Assembly: GCA_040390725.1 (NCBI GenBank)
Contig: JAZJXT010000005.1
Coordinates: 13,301 to 77,300 of the forward strand
From: Patescibacteria group bacterium
GTDB lineage: Bacteria > Patescibacteriota > Minisyncoccia > Phycocordibacterales > UBA9973
DNA length: 64,000 nt
Direction: 5' to 3'
Part shown: piece by piece, positions 34,719 through 43,401 of the stretch
Position numbering within the stretch: the first letter of the stretch is position 1
Layout: each line of letters begins with the position of its first letter
The notes under the pieces: model-generated
What the model was told of the DNA's origin: nothing
Database searches by the model: none
The model's input: only the letters and a program-made list of their open reading frames with translations
Translations under genes and position numbers: made by a program

Positions 34719-35612
34719 ATGTTAAAAGTAGGTGTATTAAGGGGTGGAAATATTGATGATTATTCATCCTCTTTAGAAAGAGGCAGTTTGTTCATGTCCC
34801 TTATTTTAGATAGTCTTTCTAGCAAATTTAAACCAATTGATATATTGGTGGACAGAGAAGGTGTATGGCATTTAGGTGGGGTGCCGATAATACCGGCTGA
34901 TTTGATAAATAAAGTTGATGTTGTTTGGAATACTTCGCATCCAAGTTTTTCACAAGTATTAGAAAATTTATCTATTCCAAATATAGGGATGAATTCTTTT
35001 TCAAGTGGAATATCAGAGAGCAAGGAGATGCTCTCACGGCATGTGAAGATTATCGGCGTACAAATGCCTAGACGTATTATTTTACCGTCATATCAAGAAG
35101 ACATGGATGGGTCGCGAGAAAAATATGCGGAAAGAAAAGCCAGAGATGTTTTTGAAAAATTTTCTTCACCATGGATAGTACGCACTCTAACCAAAGATTT
35201 AAATGCCGGTATACACAATGCCAATACTTTTCCAGAACTCATCCGTGCAATTTATGATTTATCCAATCACGATAAAGGCATTTTGGTTGAAGAATTAATT
35301 CCTGGTAAAATCATATCGACTCATTCTGTTGCTGGATTTAGGGGGGAGGATATTTATACTTTTCCTGTTAATGGTATTTCTGCGAATGAAAAAGAAAAGT
35401 TAATTAGTATCACAAAAAATTTATATGATACCATGGGCGTGACAAATTATATAAAGGTTGATTTTGTCGTTAATCCGGGCAAGGGAATTTATTTTATGGA
35501 CGTTTCTTTTTTGCCTGAGTTAAATAAAGATTCAAATTTTTGTGAATCTTGCATGTCTGTCGGTGCAGGAGTGCACCATATTATTGATCATATGCTAACT
35601 TCAGCTTTATGA
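34719..35612 (+). CDS. ddl: D-alanine--D-alanine ligase (short form)
   Basis: MLKVGVLRGGNIDDYSSSLERGS N-terminus (Ddl has KIGVLFGGRSAEHEVSL); ATP-grasp C-terminus VEELIPGKIIS...YIKVDFVVNPGKGIYFMDVSFLPEL. Confidence 0.75.
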   Translation: MLKVGVLRGGNIDDYSSSLERGSLFMSLILDSLSSKFKPIDILVDREGVWHLGGVPIIPADLINKVDVVWNTSHPSFSQVLENLSIPNIGMNSFSSGISESKEMLSRHVKIIGVQMPRRIILPSYQEDMDGSREKYAERKARDVFEKFSSPWIVRTLTKDLNAGIHNANTFPELIRAIYDLSNHDKGILVEELIPGKIISTHSVAGFRGEDIYTFPVNGISANEKEKLISITKNLYDTMGVTNYIKVDFVVNPGKGIYFMDVSFLPELNKDSNFCESCMSVGAGVHHIIDHMLTSAL

Positions 35613-35662
35613 TATAATTAAATTTACAACTTAATAAATATATTTAAATTGTTTTTATCTGT

Positions 35663-35765
35663 AGCGGGTGATCGCACTCACATAGGCACATATGTTGGAG
35701 GTTAGCCATCACCCGCTTCAAATGAAAGCAATTAACCCCGCCATTATTTTGGCGGGGTTTTGTTT
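35663..35765 (+). other. 10-bp perfect-stem hairpin with 35-nt loop followed by an intrinsic terminator (ddl 3' structure or small RNA)
   Basis: agcgggtgat (35663-35672) ... atcacccgct (35708-35717); then ccccgcc-attatttt-ggcgggg plus T-run (35735-35765). Confidence 0.45.
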
Positions 35766-36083
35766 TATCCCGGTACTAAAATTTTAAAATATATTTTTAT
35801 GATTTACTAATTTTATTTTTTTAATTATTTATTTAGTAAATAAAAATTTTTTAGAAAAATTTAGTACGGGATCCTCAATTTTCTAATTTACTTCGTAAAA
35901 AGAAAATTGGGAGTTATCCACAGTTTTGCGAAAAAACTCTTGCGTTAAGTTTTATTATGCGGGATAATTAAGTTGTTCCTCGCAATAATTTTTTTAAAAT
36001 ATTTTTCTTAAATTAATTTTTAAAAAAATATTTTAGGTCGTCTTATTGCAAACTAAATTAAAAATTAATTTTAAAAAAATTTT

Positions 36084-36158
36084 ATGGCAGCAAAAAAGAA
36101 AGCAGCAAAAAAGACAACTAAGAAAGCAGCAAAAAAGACTACAAAGAAAAGAGCTTAG
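36084..36158 (+). CDS. possible 24-codon Lys/Ala-rich small ORF with its own terminator
   Basis: ATG 36084 gives MAAKKKAAKKTTKKAAKKTTKKRA*, followed at once by a perfect hairpin terminator atccctgac-gcga-gtcagggat-tttttt (36165-36200). It may be a non-coding A-rich leader. Confidence 0.25.
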   Translation: MAAKKKAAKKTTKKAAKKTTKKRA

Positions 36159-36234
36159 TCTTCTCAAAAAATCCCTGACGCGAGTCAGGGATTTTTTGTT
36201 TCATATTTTTATAAAAAATGCTAATATATTACTT

Positions 36235-38691
36235 ATGGCTTTATTTAGTAAAATATTCGGAGACGTGAGTTCAAAGTTCATAAATAGCACCAAGGAAACA
36301 GTGACCAAGATCAATGCTTTAGAAGCTGATATTTTAAAGCTTTCGGACGATAATTTTCCAAAGAAAACTCAAGAATTAAAGGATAGATTAGCTAAGGGGG
36401 AAACATTAGATGGCATATTGCCTGAGGCTTTTGCTTTGGTTCGTGAGGCCGCTAGGCGGAATTTGGGCGAGAGGCATTATGATGTTCAGCTTATCGGAGG
36501 TTTGGCATTACATAAAGGTAAAATTTCTGAAATGAAAACAGGAGAAGGCAAGACTTTGGTGGCTACCTTGCCGGCGTATTTAAATGCTTTGTCTGGAAAT
36601 GGTGTACACATAATTACTGTGAATGATTATTTGGCGCGTCGTGATGCTGTGCTCATGGGACAGGTTTATAATTTCTTAGGTCTTTCTGTTGGAATTATAA
36701 ATTCACAAAATGTTTCTTATTTATATGATGCGACTCATAAAGAAGAAGATGAAGAACGTGACACTGTCGGCGAATTTAAAATAGTTTATGATTTTTTGAA
36801 ACCTTGCTCCCGCAGGGATGCGTATGCCGCGGATATTACTTATGGCACGAACCACGAATATGGTTTTGATTATTTGCGTGATAATCTAGCTACATCTCTG
36901 GGTGGCTTAGTGCAAAGGGGGCACAATTTCGCAATCGTTGATGAAGTGGATTCTATTTTAATAGATGAGGCGCGTACGCCTTTGATTATTTCTTCTGCTT
37001 CCGGAGATTCTGAAGATTTTTATATAAAATTTTATCAAATTGCAAAACAAATGAAGCGTGATGTTGACTTTAAAGTTGATGAAAAATTAAAAGCTATAAC
37101 TTTGACCGATGAAGGCATCACCAAAGCTGAAAATCTTCTCGGTGTAGGAAATATTTATACAGAGAAGGGAATAAAATATGTTCACCATTTGGAAACTGCC
37201 GTAAAAGCGCAAGCCATTTTCGAGCGTGATAAAGATTATGTCGTTAAAGAAGGTGAAGTAATAATAGTTGATCCGTTTACCGGACGCTTGCAACCCGGCA
37301 GACGTTGGTCAGAAGGCATACACCAAGCCATCGAAGCCAAAGAAGGAGTGAAAATAGAAAAAGAAACGAGGTCATCCGGCTCGATTACTTTTCAAAATTA
37401 CTTTAGATTTTATAAAAAGCTTTCTGGCATGACGGGAACAGCTGATACTTCTTCGGAAGAATTTTTCAAAGTTTATGGTTTGGAAGTTATCATTGTACCG
37501 ACTAATCGCCCTGTGGCGCGTTTGGATCATTCTGATTTAATTTTCCAAACAGAAAAAGGCAAACTGCAGGCTATCGCTAAAAAAGTAAAAGAAATAAATA
37601 AAAAAGGTCAGCCTGTTTTGATAGGTACTATATCTATCGAGAAAAATGAAATGCTTTCCGTTTATTTGAGGCAAGAAGGAGTGCCCCATACTATTTTAAA
37701 CGCAAAGAATCATGAAAAAGAAGGGGAGATAATAGCTCAAGCCGGAAAAAAGGGCGCAGTGACTATCGCCACAAACATGGCTGGCCGTGGAATAGATATC
37801 AAGCTTGGTGGCAATCCATACTCAGCTGAAGAACATGAAATTGTAAAAAATGCTGGTGGACTTTTTGTCATGGGTACTGAAAGGCACGAAGCAAGAAGAA
37901 TCGACAATCAGCTCCGCGGACGCTCCGGAAGACAAGGCGACCCGGGTGAGACGCAGTTTTTTGTTTCCTTGGAAGATGATTTGCTCCGAGTTTTCGGAGC
38001 GGAGAGAATAAAAGGAATGATGGGGCGTTTTGGAATTCCTGAAGATCAGCCTATTGAAAACAGATTTATCGGCAGTGCTTTGGAAAGCGCTCAGACGAAA
38101 ATAGAAGGTTTTCATTTTGATTCGCGTAAACATACTTTGGAATACGATGATGTGATGAATCATCAAAGGCAAGCTATTTATGAACGCCGTCAGAAAATGT
38201 TGCAGAGTAAAAAAGAAGAAATCGAAAGCCTATTGAAAGAAATCACCGAAAATACTGAAAACGAGGAAAAATTAAAAAAAGTTATAGAAGATAAAAAGGC
38301 GAAACTTGGTGATGAAAATTTTTACGAAACAGTCCGACGTATTGCGCTTTATACTACTGATGCATTATGGATGGAGCACTTGGAGGCGATGGATTATTTG
38401 CGTTCATCGGTAAACCTGCGCGCCTATGGTCAACGCGAGCCTATAGTAGAGTACAAAAAAGAAGGGTTAATAATGTTTAAAGAAATGGAGCAAAATTTCA
38501 AGCAACAAGTTCTTTCATTGATTGAAACTATAAATGAACCTGCATCTCCGCAAACACCAGAACCACAAGAAATTTTAATAGAAAATCACAATGAACCATC
38601 CGAATTTTCCGACACTCAAAAAGAAGTCGGCCGAAATGACCTTTGCCCATGTGGCTCTGGCAAAAAATTTAAAAAGTGTCATGGGGTGTAG
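36235..38691 (+). CDS. secA: preprotein translocase subunit SecA
   Basis: MALFSKIFGD start; DEAD motor (MKTGEGKTLVATLPAYLNAL, DEVDSILIDEARTPLIIS); C-terminal zinc finger CPCGSGKKFKKCHG. The in-frame upstream extension to 36046 is spurious A-rich sequence. TGcTAATAT -10 (36219-36227) ends 7 nt before ATG 36235. Confidence 0.93.
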   Translation: MALFSKIFGDVSSKFINSTKETVTKINALEADILKLSDDNFPKKTQELKDRLAKGETLDGILPEAFALVREAARRNLGERHYDVQLIGGLALHKGKISEMKTGEGKTLVATLPAYLNALSGNGVHIITVNDYLARRDAVLMGQVYNFLGLSVGIINSQNVSYLYDATHKEEDEERDTVGEFKIVYDFLKPCSRRDAYAADITYGTNHEYGFDYLRDNLATSLGGLVQRGHNFAIVDEVDSILIDEARTPLIISSASGDSEDFYIKFYQIAKQMKRDVDFKVDEKLKAITLTDEGITKAENLLGVGNIYTEKGIKYVHHLETAVKAQAIFERDKDYVVKEGEVIIVDPFTGRLQPGRRWSEGIHQAIEAKEGVKIEKETRSSGSITFQNYFRFYKKLSGMTGTADTSSEEFFKVYGLEVIIVPTNRPVARLDHSDLIFQTEKGKLQAIAKKVKEINKKGQPVLIGTISIEKNEMLSVYLRQEGVPHTILNAKNHEKEGEIIAQAGKKGAVTIATNMAGRGIDIKLGGNPYSAEEHEIVKNAGGLFVMGTERHEARRIDNQLRGRSGRQGDPGETQFFVSLEDDLLRVFGAERIKGMMGRFGIPEDQPIENRFIGSALESAQTKIEGFHFDSRKHTLEYDDVMNHQRQAIYERRQKMLQSKKEEIESLLKEITENTENEEKLKKVIEDKKAKLGDENFYETVRRIALYTTDALWMEHLEAMDYLRSSVNLRAYGQREPIVEYKKEGLIMFKEMEQNFKQQVLSLIETINEPASPQTPEPQEILIENHNEPSEFSDTQKEVGRNDLCPCGSGKKFKKCHGV

Positions 38692-38693
38692 TA

Positions 38694-39871
38694 TGAAAAC
38701 TTTCTTAAAAACTTTAAAATTAAAAAGGCGAGGGATTGCATTATTGGCGGGGATGCATTTTTTTGGCAATCCTTCAGCTAAAATGAAGATTGTGGGGGTG
38801 ACGGGCACAAATGGCAAGACGAGCACGGCGACGATGCTTTATAAAGTGGCGACGGAATTGGGTTATAAAGCTGGACTTATCGGCACGGTGGAAAATATAA
38901 TTATTAAAGAAAGAAGACCGGCGGTGATGACAACTCCGGGGCCGATACCTTTACATGAGCTTTTAAATGAAATGAAAAAAAAGGGTTGCGAATATGTTTT
39001 TATGGAAGTTAGCTCACATGCTATAGACCAAGACCGCATAGCGGGGATAAATTTCATCGGCGGGATTTTTACAAATTTAACGCATGACCATTTGGACTAT
39101 CACAAAAGCATGGAGAATTATTTCGGCGCCAAGAAAAAGTTTTTCAAACTTTTATCACCCAGTGCTTTCGCTCTTTCAAATATTGATGATGAATATGGAG
39201 CAAGGATGCTCGAAGGTATAAGAGCGAAAAAGTATACTTTTGGATTTAAAAATAATGCGAACTTTAACGAAAAACTAGAAACAAAATTATTGGGGAATTT
39301 TAACATGTATAATGTATTGGGAGTTTATTCTACGGCAATTTTATTAGGATATGACAAAGGAAAAGTAAAAGAAATTTTAAAAACTATTGATCCGCCGGCC
39401 GGCAGATTTGAATATTTCAAATCTGCCGGCGGAGTTCTCGGAGTCGTAGATTTTGCGCACACCCCCGATGCAGTGGAGAAAATAATTTTGACGGCAAGGG
39501 ATATTGCAAAAAATGGAGAGAAAATAATTTCTGTGCTAGGTTGCGGGGGTGACAGGGATCCGATGAAAAGAAAAGTCATGGGTAAGCTTGGCGCATCTCT
39601 TTCCGATGTAGTAATTTTTACATCTGACAATCCGCGCAGTGAGGAGCCTGAAAAAATAATAGAAGCCATGTGTAGTGATTTATCACAAGACGAAATAAAA
39701 AAAGTTAAAAAAATAATTGACCGAGAAGAAGCAATAAAAGAAGCAGGTAAAATCTCAAAAAGTGGTGATATTATATTATTGCTCGGCAAAGGTCACGAGC
39801 CGTATTTGGAAATAAAAGGCATAAAACATCCTTGGAATGATATGGAGAAATTAAAACAGGTTTTAAGTTAG
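38694..39871 (+). CDS. murE: UDP-N-acetylmuramoyl-L-alanyl-D-glutamate--2,6-diaminopimelate ligase, N-terminally short
   Basis: Mur ligase P-loop GVTGTNGKTS; VLGCGGDRD; MurE-specific SDNPRSEEP (DNPR indicates meso-DAP specificity). The P-loop sits only ~40 aa from the N-terminus, so the usual UDP-binding domain 1 is missing or strongly reduced. Confidence 0.8.
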
Positions 39872-39906
39872 CTTTATTCTATTGTTTTTTATGTTAGTAT
39901 AAAAAT

Positions 39907-41232
39907 ATGAGAGATTTTAGGGAGTTTTTTAAGGATAAAAAAGTAACAGTGGTGGGGCTGGGTTTGTTAGGCAAGCGCTTGGGCGATATTGCTTTTTTGG
40001 CTGAATGCGGAGCGAAAGTTTTAGTGACTGACATAAAGCCTTCGACTGCGCTCAGGCCGTCGCTTAAAAAGCTCCGAAAGTATAAAAATATAAAATATGT
40101 TTTAGGTGAGCATCGAATGCAAGATTTTGAAAACTGTGATTTTGTTTTAAAAGGGCAAGGAGTAGCACTTGATTCATCTTATATTTTACATGCTCAAAGA
40201 AAAGGAATTCCCGTAGAAATGGACGAATCATTATTTGCTAAACTAGCGCCGGGCGTAAAAATAATCGGTATTACTGGTACGCGCGGGAAAAGTACCACTA
40301 CTATTTTAATTTATGAAATATTGAAAGCTTCCAGTATACGAGTATTTTTAGGGGGAAACATAAAAGGTACAGCCGCGTTGCCTCTTTTAAAGAAAGTAAA
40401 AATGGGGGACGCTGTTGTATTTGAGCTTTCTTCTTGGCAACTACAGGGCTTTGGTGAGGCAAAAATTTCTCCGGATATTTCTGTGTTTACGAATTTTATG
40501 CCTGACCATATGAATTATTATAAAAATGATTTAAAACAGTATTTTAAAGATAAAGCTTATATTTATAAATTTCAAAAATCTGATGATGTGCTTGTTTTAG
40601 GTAAGGGCATAAAGAATATGGTTAAAGATGTCAAAAGCAAAAAGGTGTATGCAAGCATAAAAGATATTCCTAAAAATTGGAAAATAAAATTACTTGGTAA
40701 GCATAATTTGGAAAATATTGCTTGTGCTGTGGCCGTCGCTCGTTCACTTAAAATTCCTGAAAAAATAATTAAAAAAACAGTGGAGAATTTTAAAGGAGTA
40801 GAGGGCAGAATGGAATTAGTTACAACAGTTAAGGGTGTAAAAATATACAATGATACAAATTCATGCACACCCGAAGCCACTTCTGTGGCACTGCAGGCCC
40901 TGGGTAGTAAAAAGAAAAATATCGTACTTCTTATGGGGGGTTCTGATAAGAATCTTGATTTTAAGGATTTGTTGAAAGATATAAAAAAATATGTAAAAGC
41001 TGTTGTACTCATACCTGGAAATGGAACAAATAGAATTATGAGTGATTTGAAAAAGACCGGAGTACGGATTTACCAGAAAAATGATTTAAAGGAAGTCGTG
41101 TCTCATCATCAAGAAATAACTAAAAAAGGGGATATTGTGTTGTTTAGTCCGGCATTTACCTCTTTTGGTTTATTTCAGAATGAATATGACAGAGGAGAGA
41201 AGTTTATGAAAATAATAAAAAGGCTAAAGTAG
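39907..41232 (+). CDS. murD: UDP-N-acetylmuramoylalanine--D-glutamate ligase
   Basis: N-terminal Rossmann KKVTVVGLGLLGK; P-loop GITGTRGKSTTT. Confidence 0.85.
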   Translation: MRDFREFFKDKKVTVVGLGLLGKRLGDIAFLAECGAKVLVTDIKPSTALRPSLKKLRKYKNIKYVLGEHRMQDFENCDFVLKGQGVALDSSYILHAQRKGIPVEMDESLFAKLAPGVKIIGITGTRGKSTTTILIYEILKASSIRVFLGGNIKGTAALPLLKKVKMGDAVVFELSSWQLQGFGEAKISPDISVFTNFMPDHMNYYKNDLKQYFKDKAYIYKFQKSDDVLVLGKGIKNMVKDVKSKKVYASIKDIPKNWKIKLLGKHNLENIACAVAVARSLKIPEKIIKKTVENFKGVEGRMELVTTVKGVKIYNDTNSCTPEATSVALQALGSKKKNIVLLMGGSDKNLDFKDLLKDIKKYVKAVVLIPGNGTNRIMSDLKKTGVRIYQKNDLKEVVSHHQEITKKGDIVLFSPAFTSFGLFQNEYDRGEKFMKIIKRLK

Positions 41233-41246
41233 TTATAGGAAATAAT

Positions 41247-42497
41247 ATGGAAACAGATTTAACAAAAATTAAAAAAGTATTTTTTATCGGCATAGGCGGT
41301 ATTGGTATTTCAGCATTAGCAAAGATGCTTATGTCTCGCGGTATTGAAGTGCTCGGCATGAATGATGAAGAAAGTCTGAAAACTATTGAGCCATTGCGCG
41401 ATGCCGGAGCAATTATTTTTTATAGTGGCGAGCTGAAAGAATTACCGGATGCGGATATGTATATTTACAGCGATGCTTGGATACATCGCGGTCCGGAAAT
41501 TATCGAAGATGCAAAGACTAGGGGCAAGCCAGTATTGAGTTACTTCGAAGCTCTTGGATTGTTTGCAAAAGAATACAAAGTGATAGCAATATCTGGGACT
41601 CACGGTAAGACTACAACGACGGCAATGGTGGCGGAGATTTTAATTGATGCCGGGCTTGATCCGACTGTTATAGTTGGTTCTTTTGTAAAAAAGTTTGGTT
41701 CTAACTTTAGAAATGGCAAAAGCAAATATTTAGTGGTAGAGGCTGATGAGTACAATAGGCACTTTTTGCAGTTTAATCCGTATATAGGTGTTGTTACAAA
41801 TATCGAGGCAGATCATTTGGATTGTTATAAAGATTTGGCGGATATACAGAATGCTTTTGATCAATTTTTGTCGCAAAGTGAGAATAAAGTTTTAGATTAT
41901 CAGAAATATTTGAATAAAGTGCCAGAGCTTTCGGTTCCGGGCTTGCACAATAGACAAAATGCCGCGGCAGCCTTGGCTGTGGCGGATATTTTGGGGATAG
42001 AGGAGGAAGTAACCCGAAAATCCTTGGCAGGATTTTCGGGCACCTGGCGCCGACTCGAGAAAAAAGGGGAAACAGCTGGAGGAACTATTATTTACGACGA
42101 TTATGCCCATCACCCGACGGAAATCATAGCCAGTATCGAGGCTTTGCGTGAACTTTACCCAAAAGATACAAAAAAGCTAACAATACTTTTCCAACCTCAC
42201 CTTTACAGCCGGACTAAAGCTTTTTTTAATGATTTTGCTAAAAGTTTTGCTGGAGCTGACCAAGTTTTACTTTTACCTATTTATTTTGCCAGAGAAAATC
42301 CTGATCCAAGTGTCTCAAGTGATCTATTGGCGGAGGCAGTTTTTAAAAATGGGGTGTCGTCCGCTATGTCTTTTCCTAATTTTGATTCAGCCGAAGGCTA
42401 TGTAGGGGGGTTAAGTCTGGGAGCAAATGACATTTTTGTGACGATGGGAGCGGGGGAAGCCTACAAAGTGGCTGATAAAATTTTTAAAACTGTCTAA
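41247..42497 (+). CDS. murC: UDP-N-acetylmuramate--L-alanine ligase
   Basis: KKVFFIGIGGIGISALA; P-loop ISGTHGKTTTT; DDYAHHP. Confidence 0.85.
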   Translation: METDLTKIKKVFFIGIGGIGISALAKMLMSRGIEVLGMNDEESLKTIEPLRDAGAIIFYSGELKELPDADMYIYSDAWIHRGPEIIEDAKTRGKPVLSYFEALGLFAKEYKVIAISGTHGKTTTTAMVAEILIDAGLDPTVIVGSFVKKFGSNFRNGKSKYLVVEADEYNRHFLQFNPYIGVVTNIEADHLDCYKDLADIQNAFDQFLSQSENKVLDYQKYLNKVPELSVPGLHNRQNAAAALAVADILGIEEEVTRKSLAGFSGTWRRLEKKGETAGGTIIYDDYAHHPTEIIASIEALRELYPKDTKKLTILFQPHLYSRTKAFFNDFAKSFAGADQVLLLPIYFARENPDPSVSSDLLAEAVFKNGVSSAMSFPNFDSAEGYVGGLSLGANDIFVTMGAGEAYKVADKIFKTV

Positions 42498-42758
42498 ATT
42501 TTGTCCACAACTCAATTATTACACTAATTTTACAGATTTTTGTCAAACAGGTATGTCAAAAATATCCTTATTTAACAACATATTTTACGTTTGACATATC
42601 AAAAAATTGTTGTTTAGCTATTGACTTTTATATTGGAAAATGATAGGATATACGTACATCCTTGATATAGGCTGCAAAGCTTATTGATAAGGATTTTTTA
42701 CTTTAAGTCAGCTTAGTTGCCATGGCTTACGGAGTTAGCGGAGCAAAACCGCCAGATT

Positions 42759-43382
42759 ATGCAAAAGAATAAATTAATACTATCCCTGGAGGCATTTGCT
42801 ATGTTCCCAATGCTGGTATCCATGCCATTCGGTAGCTTACCGAAAACTGACATGTATATCACTCCACAGGTTGTATTATCACAACAACAGAATATAGAGG
42901 CCAATGGTCTTTTCGCTTTTAACCAAGTAGAAGATCAAAAAGCCCAAAATCTTAAACTTCAAGCTGATGCCATTGATGCGTATTTTGCGGGTAGAAATTC
43001 TCCACTCGAAGGCTTAGGTATGAAAATGGCCCAAGAGGCAGATGAAAATGGTATAGACTGGCGTCTTTTGCCGGCGATAGCTACTCGTGAGTCTAATGCT
43101 GGACTAATGGTATGTAAAAAATTTAAATTTAATTTTTTTGGTTGGGCATCTTGTCATGTGGGTTTTGATTCAAATGAAGAAGCCATAGAAGTGGTGGCTC
43201 GTAATTTGGGCGGTAATAACCCAAAAACAGCTCATCATTATGACGGCAAGACAACTTTTCAAATATTGCAAAAATATAATCCTCCTTCAATTGTTCCACA
43301 TTATGCACAGCAAGTTATGAAAATAATGGATCAAATAGGGGATATTGACTTAGGCTCAGCAGATAAAAGTGCTAATGCGTAA
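42759..43382 (+). CDS. lytic transglycosylase-like (SLT domain) protein
   Basis: LLPAIATRESNAG matches the SLT catalytic Glu-Ser block. Hydrophobic N-terminus. The track ORF starts at TTG 42717; the first ATG is 42759. Confidence 0.45.
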   Translation: MQKNKLILSLEAFAMFPMLVSMPFGSLPKTDMYITPQVVLSQQQNIEANGLFAFNQVEDQKAQNLKLQADAIDAYFAGRNSPLEGLGMKMAQEADENGIDWRLLPAIATRESNAGLMVCKKFKFNFFGWASCHVGFDSNEEAIEVVARNLGGNNPKTAHHYDGKTTFQILQKYNPPSIVPHYAQQVMKIMDQIGDIDLGSADKSANA

Positions 43383-43401
43383 ATAATATAATTTGCTTTT
43401 T

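Noticed and set aside
34719-35612. Possible alternative genetic code (UGA reassigned) given CPR-like features
   Set aside because: TGA terminates ddl exactly where homology ends, TAA/TAG/TGA all coincide with the ends of conserved proteins, and no in-frame TGA is needed to complete any recognised gene. Standard code 11 fits.
35663-35717. Hairpin with 10-bp perfect stem considered as a tRNA acceptor or T-arm remnant
   Set aside because: The total length is ~55 nt with a single stem and no cloverleaf, so it is too short and unbranched to be a tRNA.
36046-36234. Track's 63-aa N-terminal extension of the secA ORF (MQTKLKINFKKILWQQKRKQQKRQLRK...)
   Set aside because: It is A-rich low-complexity DNA read in the secA frame and contains a strong intrinsic terminator (36165-36200) and the secA promoter. 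SecA homology begins at MALFSKIFGD (36235).
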